Shown here in pieces: positions 52,905 through 64,000 of a DNA stretch of 64,000 nucleotides. Origin of the DNA: Chiloscyllium plagiosum (taxonomy: Eukaryota); the NCBI RefSeq assembly GCF_004010195.1, contig NC_057719.1:52844745-52908744 (forward strand). Direction: 5' to 3'. The position numbers and the translations under genes were made by a program. Each line of letters begins with the position of its first letter. Positions within the stretch are counted from its first letter, which is position 1. The notes below the pieces were generated by a model. That model had not been told where the DNA came from. It ran no database searches and saw only the letters and a program-made list of their open reading frames with translations.

Positions 52905-54905
52905 TCTCCACCGCTACCATACAGAACCTCATCACCTCAGGAGATCTCCCACCCACAGCTTCCAACCTCATGGTCTGGGAAACCCACACTGCCCGGTTCT
53001 ACCTCCTTCCCAAGATCCAAAAGCCTGACCACCCTGGCCGACCCATTGTCTCAGCATGCTCCTGCCCCACTGAACTCATCTCTACCTACCTCGACACTGT
53101 CCTACCCTCCCTAGTCCAGGAACTCCCCACATATGTTCGAGACACCACCCATGCCCTCCTCCACCTCCTCCAAGACATTCATTTCCCCAGCCCACAAAGC
53201 CTCATCTTCACCATGGATATCCAATCCCTCTACACCTCCATCCGCCATGACCAAGGCCTCCAAGCCCTCCATTTCTTCTTCTCCTGACATCCTCAACAGT
53301 ACCCTTCCACCGAAACTCTCATTCGTTTAGCCGAACTGGTCCTCACCCTTAACAATTTCTCCTTCGAATCCTTCCACTTCTTCCAGACCAAAGAGGTAGC
53401 CATAGGCACCTGTATGGGCCCCAGCTATGCCTGTCTTTGTTGGCTACGTAGAACAGTCCATCTTCCGTAATTACACCGGCACCACTTCCCACCGCTTCCT
53501 CCGCTACATTGATGACTGCATTGGCGTCACCTCGGGCTCCCGCTAGGAGGTTGAGCAATTCATCAACTTCACCAACCCATTCCACTCTGACCTTAAGTTT
53601 ACCTGAACTATCTCTGGCACCTCCCTCCCCTTCCTGGACCTCTCCATCTCCATTAATGACGACCGACTTGACACTGACATTTTTTACAAACCCACTGACT
53701 CCCACAGCTACCTGGATTACACCTCTTCCCACCCTACCTCCTGCAAAAATGCCATCCCATATTCCCAATTCCTCCGCCTCTGCTGTATCTGCTCCCAGGA
53801 GGACCAGTTCCACCACAGAACACACCAGATGGCCTCCTTCTTTAGAGACCGCAATTTCCCTTCTGACATGGTTAAAGATGCCCTCCAATGCATCTCGTCC
53901 ACATCCTGCACCTCCGCCCTCAGACCCCACCCCTCCAACCATAACAAGTACAGAACCCCCAGGTGCTCACCTTCCATCCTTCGCAAAAATCAAATCATCC
54001 ACTGACATTTCTGCCACCTCCAAACGGACCCCACCACCAGGGATATATTTCCCTCCCCACCCCTTTCCGCCTTTCACAAAGACCGCTCCCTCCGTGATTA
54101 CCTGGGTCAGGTCCACGCCCCCCAACAACCACCCTCCCGTTCTGGCACCTTCTCCTGCCACCGCAAGAATTGCAAAACCTGCGCCCACACCTTCTCCCTC
54201 ACCTCCATCGAAGGCCCTAAAGGAGCCTTCCATATCCAAAGTTTACCTGCATATCCACCAATATCATTTATTGTATCCGTTGCTCCCGATGTGGTCTCCT
54301 CTACATTGGGGAGACTGGACGCCTCCTAGCAGAGCGCTTTAGGGAACATCTCTGGGACACCTGCACCAATCAACCACAGTGCCCTGTGGCCCAACATTTC
54401 AATGCCCCCTCCCACTCTGCTGAGGACATGGAGGTCCTGGGCCTCCTTCACCACTGCTCCCTCACCACCTGACGCCTGGAGGGAGAACGCCTCATCTTCT
54501 GCCTCGGAACAGTTCTACCCCAGGGCACCAATGTGGACTTCACCAGTTTCCTCATTTTCCCTTCCCCCACCTCACCCCAGTCCCAAACTTCCAGCTCAGC
54601 ACTGTCCCCATGACTTGTCCTACCTGCCTATCTTCTTTTCCACCTATCTACTCCACCATCCTTCTGACCTATCACCTTCATCCCACCCCTATTCACCTAT
54701 TGTACTCTATGCTACTTTCTCCCCACCTCACCCTCCTCTCATTTATCTCTCCACCCTTCAGGCACTCTGTCTGTATTCCTGATGAAGGGCTTTTGCCCGA
54801 AACGTCAATTTTCTTGCTCCTCGGATGCTGCCTGAACTGCTGTGCTTTTCCAGCACCACTCTATTCCTGAATCTGGTTTTTAGCAATGCAGTCATTGTTT
54901 TTACC
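52905..54905 (+). mobile_element. Penelope-like element (Neptune-like), 5'-truncated: RT, Cys-rich linker, GIY-YIG endonuclease, pLTR
   Basis: FYLLPKIQKPDHPGRPIVS, TMDIQSLYTSI, MGPSY, YIDD, CHRKNCKTC linker, IIYCIRCSRCGLLYIGETGR; in-frame stops and frameshifts; pLTR 54760-54905. Confidence 0.95.
54775..54810 (+). ncRNA. Minimal hammerhead ribozyme, intact core, in PLE 3' pLTR
   Basis: ATTC-CTGATGA-A-GGGC.TTTT.GCCC-GAAA-CG-TC-AATT. Confidence 0.75.
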
Positions 54906-56031
54906 TAGACAACTAAAGGGCTTGGTGACTCAAGAGGGATAGGAGAAGTGAAGTCCTCAATCACCAAAGAACAGGAAACTTTCAGACAAACTTTGTGAAG
55001 GTTGTGAAACCAGGTAGCTAGATACTAGAAGTCCAGCCAAAAAGGTGTGAATTCAGGGCCACAAAAGGATCATGGAATTCACATGAAATTGATCTTCAAG
55101 TGCCATGTCCCACCAACTCAAAGTAAACCTGATTAATACATCACCTCCCAATTTCTTACCATCATCTCTGTCACATAGTCCTGATATATATTCCACATGC
55201 ATAGGTACACTGCAACCTCATACATCCAAATATCACGGCTTGCACACTTTGCCAGCCATTTCACCACAGCAGTCCCAATATCAAAACACATTACGTTGCA
55301 GTTACTAATATACTTCCATCTTTCTCGAACTTATAAAGAGATGCTTAACAGGCAAGGTACTAACATGTATGCATGTCCGTACCCTGACCTGCAGTTGGTC
55401 TGAAATTATTGAAGTTGATGATATGCTCCAAACAAATCCAGTCTTTTACACCTCACTTCTCCCTTATTGGACTATTTCTTCTGAATTTTCAGCTGCAGAT
55501 TATGTAAACATTCAGCTCATTTCTCCCCCTGCTCTTTGCATTCCAACCTGCTTTTATATGTTTCTCTTTTCAAACACCCAACAACTACTAAATAGCCAGG
55601 CAATAGCCGAAGAGCAATAAGACAAAGAAGAGGAAGAGTGCCACACCTCTCTTGGCCAGCAGCTCAGATAATGGCACGACAAATGTTTGTAGGATAACGT
55701 AAAGGTGGGATCTGCATGTGGTAAAACATCAGATGCTAACTGCAAGGACAAATAACAAGGACAATGTCAGGGAAATGGAGGATAATGTTACACTGGGGCT
55801 TGCCTTTTTTTTGTGCAACACATTGAATTTGTTCATGTGAAAAATGACCCTGACAAATAAAAGATATTATATGTTTCAGTGTACAAGTTGAGCTTTGATG
55901 CCTCAAAAGTCCAAAAATGGCATTTGATTTGTATGTTAAGAATGATAGTGAACTACTGGAGTGGTTCCTTGTGCTCACCTATTTGAAATGTCACTGACAC
56001 CCACACAAACAGAGGGCATGTTTTAAACTCT

Positions 56032-56276
56032 TGCAACTTTGGAACAGAATCTATATCCATGAAATAACTCCAGAGGCCAATATCCACCACTCTTTATTTA
56101 GATACGAACAGTCTTTAACTTCAATGCTGCCTCATTCAGAGCCAGCTTTCAGAGTGAACAGGAAGTCTGGCACTGCTGTTCTTATCTGTCAGCCAGGGCT
56201 CCCTGATTGGGGCTACCAATTTGGCCCAATCAGGGAACTCTTGTTCTATGAGGTTCAGCTGGCTGACTTCACTACA
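56032..56276 (-). mobile_element. Possible solo LTR
   Basis: Reverse complement starts TGTAGTG and ends GCA; internal CCAAT-containing inverted repeat ccctgattggg...cccaatcaggg; AATAAA near 3' end; no TSD seen. Confidence 0.4.
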
Positions 56277-57585
56277 GTCAACTCGATCTCTTATTGATCA
56301 GAAAAATAGGTTAACTAAAAAAGAAACCTGATCTGTTATTTCCCAATCTGATACAATAAACAAAACAAGGTTGATAAGTAATGCAAATGTAGCTTGTAGT
56401 TTTTTTTAAAAAGGGAGATTGATGTATTCACTAAGTAAATGCAATAAACACAAATTTTAGGGTCAAACAAAGGACTTGTCAGGTCAACTTGTTTTTGGTG
56501 CTATAACGACAAACTTATCTTATCAGACAAGGATTATTGGGTTATTTTCTTAATGATTATTAGCCAGGAAATATTGGATGGATGAAAATGGTTCTAAGAT
56601 TTGGGTAATTTCACTATGATACCCCAGCTCAATTAAAAGAGGGGAGCAGGGTAAGATTTTTTTTCAACTTTCACAAGTATGTTTTTCTCTAACAGGTAGT
56701 GCTGCCAGTCAATTATATTCTTTAAGTACACCTTAAGACATGTATACAAACCCTTAATTTTAATTTTGTCAACTTACAACCACATGTTAAACTGACGTCC
56801 CAACTTTAGTTCACTTGGTTCCTCTGGTACATGCATCAGGCATTGTCCTTTTGGCATTCAAAGGATAAGCTCCACGTCCCCTGACCCTCACAATGAAACA
56901 CATGATAACAGAGATTAACAGGACCTTTTTCTTTCATATGTTTATGCATTATTGCCTTTTTTGACAGTTGGGAAAACACTATAATCTATGGCACCAATTG
57001 AACAAGACTTCAAAGCAAGGGTAAATTTATCTTTGCAAGACAGATCCCAAAGCTGAATCAGTGTATTATAAATTCATCTACTTTATCTTGGGGCAAATAA
57101 TAGTAACACACAAGGCTTTCAAAACATTCCACACTTACCTTTCAAAATATTCCCAACCTCTGAGCAGTTTTCTCCCTGTTGGCATAAACTCCTGAAGGAG
57201 ATGCAATTTTAGGTCTTACAAAACCCACACCAGCACATGAAAATAATATGTGCAAAGAAAGCTGGGAGTGTCTTTTGGGAAAATAAGATGTAAGTAGAAA
57301 AGAGCAGATCAGAAGATTAGCAGCTATGGTCAATATCTGGAATACGTATATAAGTGGGACAAAGAACCGGGCTAGGAAATGGGTGAGAAGAACAAGAGGA
57401 CAGCTTAGACTGCACCATGTGATAGGGGTGGGAGAAGGCAGGGATTATGCCTTGGCTGGGGTAAAGGACAATGCATGATGCAGGAACTAAGTGAACTCAT
57501 GTTGAGACATCTGTTTAACATGTGATTTTAAGTTGACAAGACTGGAATTGAGTAAGGGTCCATTTATGTGACTTTAGATATATTT

Positions 57586-57680
57586 CCTGAAGAAGGGCTT
57601 ATGCCCGAAACGTCGATTCTCCTGTTCCTTGGATGCTGCCTGACCTGCTGCGCTTTTCCAGCAACACATTTTCAGCTCAG
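57586..57680 (+). mobile_element. 95-bp PLE pLTR mini-element consisting of hammerhead + tail, 13-bp TSD
   Basis: tttagatatattt at 57573-57585 and 57681-57693; CTGAAGA-A-GGGC.TTAT.GCCC-GAAA-CG-TC at 57587-57614. Confidence 0.9.
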
Positions 57681-58421
57681 TTTAGATATATTTGATCAAT
57701 ATAAAAAGGGTGAGTATGTGTGATTTTATGGAGTAGTCTTAAATTGTCTAAGGTTGACCCTCCCTGCAGGAAGGCAGAAGAAAACTGTTTTTTCCAGAAA
57801 AAAAACACGATAATGTCTAAACTTATAAAAATGCATAATTGACTAGTATATCTTGTTACTTTGATTGGTCAGTTACACAGCAATTTAATAAGTGAATCCT
57901 CACTCCTTTTAGTCGTCAATAAAATAAATGATAAAAGATAAATAAGTGGTGGGTGCAGGTGGAGAGTAGGTGATTGCTAACTTTATAAATTCAGAATAAT
58001 TAATTACACTTTTTTTGCACAAGGAAAATAGCACATAAAAAAGATAAATATCATAATGTTTCCAGCTATGTTTCTAGCACTGGTATTTCAGCATCAGTTT
58101 ATCCTGTTCATTTCTTAGCACTCCTGTTCCTGTCTGACTCCCCAAAGTCTTCCTATGAACTAAACTCTCTGTAATTACCAGCGAACATTTCCACTTCTGA
58201 CTTTAGTCTAAAAAGAGGGCTATTGATGTAACATCTGAAGGTGATTGAACCTGGGACACCATCCACAGTGTAGAGTGAAAGGTTAACCCTACCACTAACT
58301 GCTGACCTCATGTGCAGCCAGGCGTATGTAGTTGATAGTTTGTAAATAATGGTTGTTTGAAATGATCACAGCCTCTAGCCAGGTCTCCTTCATACAGTGC
58401 CATATTCTACACCATCCAAGA

Positions 58422-58543
58422 CATAATGTTAGGTAAGGGGTAAATGTAGGGGTATGGGTGGGTTTCGCTTTGGCGGATCGGTGTGGACTTGTTGGGCCGA
58501 AGGGCCTGTTTCCACACTGTAATGTAATCTAATCTAATCTAAT
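58422..58543 (+). mobile_element. 5'-truncated V-SINE tail
   Basis: gtggacttgttgggccgaagggcctgtttccacactgt + (aatct)n, same as the 14487-14806 tail. Confidence 0.85.
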
Positions 58544-58639
58544 CATCTAATAGACTGAGGAACTCTTGCAGTTATGATCTCAAGCTAAGTCCCAACAAAT
58601 GCACCAGTATCTTCTTTGTAATAAAGCTAATGGTTTTTG

Positions 58640-59660
58640 GTTTTCACTACAGTTTAGAAGGATGTGAGAGGATATGATCGAAATGGATAAAATTCTAACA
58701 GGGCTGGAGAGGCTTGATGCAGGGAGGATGTTTCCCCTGCTTGGAGAGTCTTGAATCAGGGATTACAGTCTCAGGATGTGGGGTAGGCCATTTGGGACCA
58801 ACATAAAGAAACATTTTTTTGCTCAAAGGGTCATGAACCAATTGAATTTGCTACTACAGAAACCCAGGTCAGTGAATATATTCAAGAAAGAGACTGATAA
58901 TTTTTTAGTCACTGAAGGATCAATGGGTATGGAGAGAAAGTAAAGCTATGGCAAAATGATAGAGGATTGTCCATAGAAGAATTGAAACTAATTCAGCCTT
59001 TACACCTGCTCTTCTATTCAATATAATCATGGCTGATCATCCAAAGTAATACTGTTTTCCTGCTTTCTCCCCATATCCTTTGATGCCTTAAATCCTAAGA
59101 ACTATGTCTATGACTTCTTTGAAGGTCTCCAACGTTTTGGCCTCAACAGTTTCCTGTGGCAGACATATGCACGCGCACAACATTCTCTGGGCAAATAAAA
59201 TTTCTCAATTCAGTCCTCAATGATTTACCCCTTATCCATAGACTGTTACCCCAGGTTTTGGACTCCTCAGTGACCTGAAAAGGTCCTTCCTGCAACTACC
59301 CTGCCTAATCTTGTTAAAATCCTGTAGGTTTTGATGAGATTTCACGTCATTCTTTAGATTTAGTGAATTTGGTCCTTACCGATCTAACCTTTACTTACAT
59401 ATTAGTCCTTCCATCCAAGGAATCATTTTTCTTTGAACTCCCTCAATAATCAGAAAGTCCTTCCTTAAATAAAGACACCAAGACTGCACACAATACTCCA
59501 GATGTTTATGCCCTACAGAGTTTCAGCAAGACACCTTTGCTCCTGTACTCGAATCTATTTGACCTTATAGCAAGAGGATATCATAAGAATTAAAATGTCA
59601 TGATCATATTGGATGGTGGAGCAAACTCAGAACTGCTGAATGACCTACTTCACCTAATTT
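58640..59660. mobile_element. Old CR1 3' fragments: plus (58640-58965, 59560-59660) and minus (58970-59555)
   Basis: CR1 C-terminal remnants in both orientations (agactgcacacaatactccag is reverse-complement LEYCVQS). Confidence 0.7.
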
Positions 59661-61199
59661 CTCTGGAAGATATGGGCCAGTATTTAGAAGGTCAGAAAGG
59701 AATCAGGAACAATCATGTTGGATCATGGGATATGGAATGGTGAAAACATTTAGAAACTGTGGAGGTGTAGGTGTAGGGCAGCAGTTTGCACATATTGATG
59801 ATGGAATCTGCATAGAATACTGAAACGGAGAAAAAAAAAATGGACTTGCATGTTTGTATTTTTCAAAAATTGTAGAAGCCAAATAAAAGAGATGGAAAAG
59901 TTAGGCAAACATAATGAAAAGTATAAACAGGCAAAACTATCAATGTACACATACAAAAGCATTAAAGACTTTCTTAAAATTTGCCTTTGTTCAGATTCCA
60001 CATTATTGATAATAGTAATCAAAAAATCATTTCCATCCTATTTAGATCAGAATGTCTTGGATCAAGTTAGCCCAAGATGCTTTAATTGAATTATAATTAT
60101 TACAATATAAAATGATCCAACTTCAAAAAGAATTGAATAAGAATGTTTTGACACCTTAAATACCACTGTAATAAATGGTTTCTAAAAAGACTTCAAACAA
60201 TGTTATCATTAATGGATTCGCAATGTTGGATAAGATCCCAGACTAGGAACCTACACAATAGGGCAGCCAGGTTTGTATACTGATCAAATGCAGAGGAAAT
60301 TGGTGAAAATTATTTTTCATTGTAGCAGAAAAGTAATTATAAAAGTAAAGCATATACCACATTTGGAACAGTTCTTGAAAGCTAAGCACGTTGTAAGTGA
60401 TAATGAAGTGCATATGATAGTGTTTGTTCCATAACATAAAATTAATGAAATGAGCCAGAAGCCATGATCCCAAAGTCTCATGACTGCAAATGTCACAACT
60501 GAGGATCACATTGTGCAGGTGAACGATTAAGGTTTGCTTTCTCAATTATAATTGCTGCTATTCTAATTGTGGTGAGTCCAGGGTGCAGCATGGATTATAA
60601 AGTATAAACAGCTGCAGAACAGCGATACCATCAGCTTGATGGAAGCAGTCCTGGATAACACCTGGATAACAAATAGGGAAATGAAAGTGCTTATCTCAGG
60701 AATCAATTCCTTCCCAACTTCTCTTGCCTAAATCCAGGTTTACATCGGTTAAAATAAGAAAATAAACACATTGAAATGGGGGCCTGAAGCCTCAGTAAAT
60801 GATTTAATTGGCCTAATTGTCTTTTGGCAGATGATCAGTCCCACAAAGTGTCTCCTTTTAATCACAGCAAATGGGCTTTGCCAATCACCAGGGAATGGCA
60901 TTACATTGGTCTCTGAGAGGTTGAAAGGGGGGAAGAGGAAGCAGCTGAGCTGTCAGGGGTCCCTGAATAGCAAGATATTCAGGAAATCTCCACAAGTGAA
61001 GGCCAGACTGACACCACAAACAGCACTATCGCCTCTTATAAAAACTGATTGGATCCTTAGATGTTTCTTCAAGCCCAATGACCAATGCTGATACAATGGA
61101 CTAAATCTTCCAGTATTTTTAAAAAAGAACTGAGCCCCAGAGAGGAGAGGACCCCATGGTCTCAGCAATTTGAGACTTCATTCAAATTAACAAGCAGCC

Positions 61200-61720
61200 A
61201 TAATAGCAGTAGCAGGTTTAAAGGGTGACTGGGCAACCTGCCCCAAAGGACTCCAACAATGCAGTTCAGACCCTGTTGCGCTAGGCATGTAAATCTCTGA
61301 CTGCCTTCATGGAAGGTTCACAGTAGTTGTGGAGAGCAGGGTCTGCTGAATATGTGCACTGACCTACACTCCACCACTCCAGCCAATGGTTCTCAGCACC
61401 AACAGCAAGGCATTAGGGGGAACGAGAGATGCTTTTCTCACATGCCTCCGAGAAGACTCATTTTAGAACAACAAATGTGGTTGTGCCTTCTACTCCCACC
61501 AGGCTTGTCACCCTCAACCAGTGGACATTCAAGCCAAGGAAGATGCACCTACCTCTGGGTAGTACACATTCAGCATGTCTTGGTCCCATAGACACAGGTG
61601 ACTCTGGCGTTTAGCTACAACTGCAACTTTGAAGAGTCAAAGCCTACCCACCTGTCCTGCACCATGATATCTGATGTCCAAAGTGTGATTTTGAGCAGCT
61701 GCTGCACTGTGTACAGGCAG
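61200..61720 (+). mobile_element. Probable Harbinger accessory-ORF remnant
   Basis: Decayed coding-like sequence (gacctacactccaccact; gccaaggaagatgcacc) similar in style to 38915-39400; by eye only. Confidence 0.3.
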
Positions 61721-61821
61721 TGAGTAAATCGGAGGTAATTGCTACTTTAGCAATTAGGCTCTTTTTTTTCAGAAACAAACATAGCTAATGCATCACAGGT
61801 ATTAATAAGATACATTCATTC

Positions 61822-62947
61822 GGGTGCATGGTATAGGGCAAAGTACTGATTTGGATCGAAAATTGGTTGGCTGACAGAAAACAAAGAGTAGTGATAAACA
61901 ACTCCCTTTCGGAATGGCAGGTGCTGACCAGTGTGGGATACCGCAGGGATCAGTGCTGGGACCGCAGCTTTATACAGTATATTAATGATATAGAAGATGG
62001 TATTAATAGTAACATTAGCAAACTTGCTGATGATACAAAGCTGGGTAGCAGGGGGAGATATGAGGAGGATGTTAGGAGATTACAGGGTGACCCAGACAGG
62101 TTAGGTGAGTGGACAAATGCATGGCAAATGCAGTTTAATGTGGATAAATGTATGGTTATCCACTTTGGTGGCAAGAACAGGAAGGCAGATTACGACCTAA
62201 ATGGAGTCAAGTTAGGTAAAGGGGCAGTACAAAGAGATCTGGGTGTTCTTGTACACCAGTCAATGAAGATTAGCATGCAGGTACAGCAGGTGGTGAAGAA
62301 GGCTAATAGCATGCTGACCTTCATAACAAGAGGGATTGAGTATAGAAGCAAAGAGGTTCTTCTGCAGCTGCACAAGGCCCTGGTGAGACCGCACCTGGAA
62401 TATTGTGTGCAGTTCTGGTCTCCAAATTTGAGGAAAGACATTCTGGCTATTGAGGGAGTGTAGCGTAGGTTCACGAGGTCAATTCCTGGAATGGCGGGAC
62501 TATCTTATGTTGAAAGATTAGAGCGACTGGGCTTGTATACCCTTGAGTTTAGAAGACTGAGAAGGGATTTGATTGAGACATATAAGATTATTAAAGGATT
62601 GGACACTCTGGAGGCAGGAAACATGTTTCTGCTGATGGGCGAGTCCCGAATCAGAGGACACAGCTTAAAAATAAGGGGCAGGCCATTTAGGACAGAGATG
62701 AGGAGAAACGTCTTCACCCAGAGAGTGGTGGGTGTGTGGAATGCTCTGCCCCAGAACAGAGTGGAGGCCCAGTCTCTGGAGTTGTTTAAGAAAGAATTGG
62801 ATAGAGCTTTCAAGGATAGTGGAATCAAGGGTTATGGAGATAACGCAGGAACAGGATACTGATTGAGAATGATCAGCCATGATCATAATGAATGGTGGCG
62901 CAGGCTCGAAAGGCAGAATGGCCTACTCCTGCACCTATTGTCTATTA
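61822..62947 (+). mobile_element. CR1 LINE 3' portion, relatively young
   Basis: [57 protein letters not shown]; 3' UTR. Confidence 0.93.
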
Positions 62948-63944
62948 CCTTACATGGTATGGTCTGGAGTGTTTGGGATGTGGATTTGGACTACACAATG
63001 TTTGCTAATGCCAAGCGTTCACAAAGCATGAATGAGTCTCTGGTTTTTCATTTTAGTGCATGGCTGTCTGTGCAATGGAGTTGTCCCCACATCACTTGAA
63101 ATCAAAGTCCCCTCCCCAACAGAATAAAATACTTAACCCTACCTATTCATTTGCTATTGCAGCTATTTTCATCTCCGTCTCCATTACACAGTTCTGATTT
63201 ATAGCACGATGGAAGGAAGCAGTAGTAACTCTTCAAACAATAAGCCTCAGCCTAAAAGAAAAGTATTGGAGAAGCTCAGCAACTCTGGCAGCACCTATAG
63301 AATGTGAGACAGGATTACAATTCGAGTCCAATAAGACTCTTATTTGGAATAAGTTCTGTGTCTGTCTGTATTAGTAGTGGCTTTAAAGTGAGAGGTTTAA
63401 AGTTTCAGTAGTAGAGTTATATGTTGATGGTTATAGTTTTGTTTACCTGTGGCTAAAATTTATTCATTGTAATAAATAGTACTGCTTTTTAAGTACAGGA
63501 ACTTGGTCAGTGTGTTCCATTAACCTGATTCCATTAGACAGATAAATTGGAGAATTTGCATATTTTGATTAAATCATTAACTTTTTGGGGAGCCCTGGGA
63601 AGAGTGGTGCTTGAGAGTTAGGGCACTCTATCAACTGTATTATAACAATGGCTACTCAATTGCTGTGCATGTGGTGCATGTGAGAGATTGATGTAGGATT
63701 GTGGCTTTCAGTAACATGTCCATTCCCTTGACTGAGGTCTGCTGACAAGCATGACAAGCTGCCTGGTTGTGTGTGTGTATTAAACTGCAAGGCAGGACAG
63801 AAATAATCTGTGCCTTTAAACTGTGTTTGAGGGAGCAAAACAAGACAATGCAAAACAAATCAAGGCAAGAGAATGAGTGATGCTGTTAGCATCCAGGCAT
63901 GTGAACTGAGTGAATGCTAAGAATGTGTGCATTTCTGGTCTCCT

Positions 63945-64000
63945 TCCTATTGGGAAGATATTGTGAAACTTGAAAAGGGTTCAGAAAAGATTTACAAAAT
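63945..64000 (+). mobile_element. CR1 fragment (runs off window)
   Basis: cctattgggaagatattgtgaaacttgaaaagggttcagaaaagatttaca reads approximately Y.KDIVKLE.VQKRFT. Confidence 0.6.

Noticed and set aside
53349..54342. Long ORFs (278-codon plus-strand P/S/T-rich; 197-aa minus-strand G/V/E-rich)
   Set aside because: Off-frame and antisense readings of the C-rich Penelope coding strand
59850..60089. K-rich plus-strand ORF
   Set aside because: AT-rich composition is sufficient explanation; no donor site or homology recognised
61867..62862. 198-aa and 123-aa ORFs as genes
   Set aside because: Fragments of CR1 ORF2 separated by a stop codon
1..64000. CRISPR array, operon or prokaryotic defence system
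   Set aside because: The sequence is vertebrate repeat-rich DNA with no regularly spaced repeat-spacer array or bacterial-like gene density

Overview
Repeat-dominated eukaryotic DNA. I infer a cartilaginous fish (shark) from the HE1/V-SINE-type SINEs, abundant CR1 LINEs and Penelope-like elements (PLEs). No intact, recognisable protein-coding gene is present, and nearly all long ORFs are transposon remnants. These include many decayed CR1 LINEs (one near-full-length copy with an SGNH-esterase ORF1), two PLE clades (Neptune-like and Poseidon-like), six tRNA-derived V-SINEs, a Ty3/Gypsy RT fragment and probable Harbinger Myb/SANT ORF remnants. The most notable structure is a set of about 14 minimal type-I hammerhead-ribozyme motifs (CUGANGA-x-stem II-GAAA-palindromic dinucleotide-UH) from at least five PLE pLTR families, with compensatory base changes between families. 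Several sit in very small, TSD-flanked insertions that begin or invert at the ribozyme 5' boundary, including a perfect 94-bp-arm palindrome. Unique sequence holds several minus-strand exon-like units, including decayed coiled-coil-like segments and a candidate terminal exon with a poly(A) signal; these could belong to a pseudogene or lncRNA, but I could not identify them. There is a 188-N assembly gap at 12728-12915.
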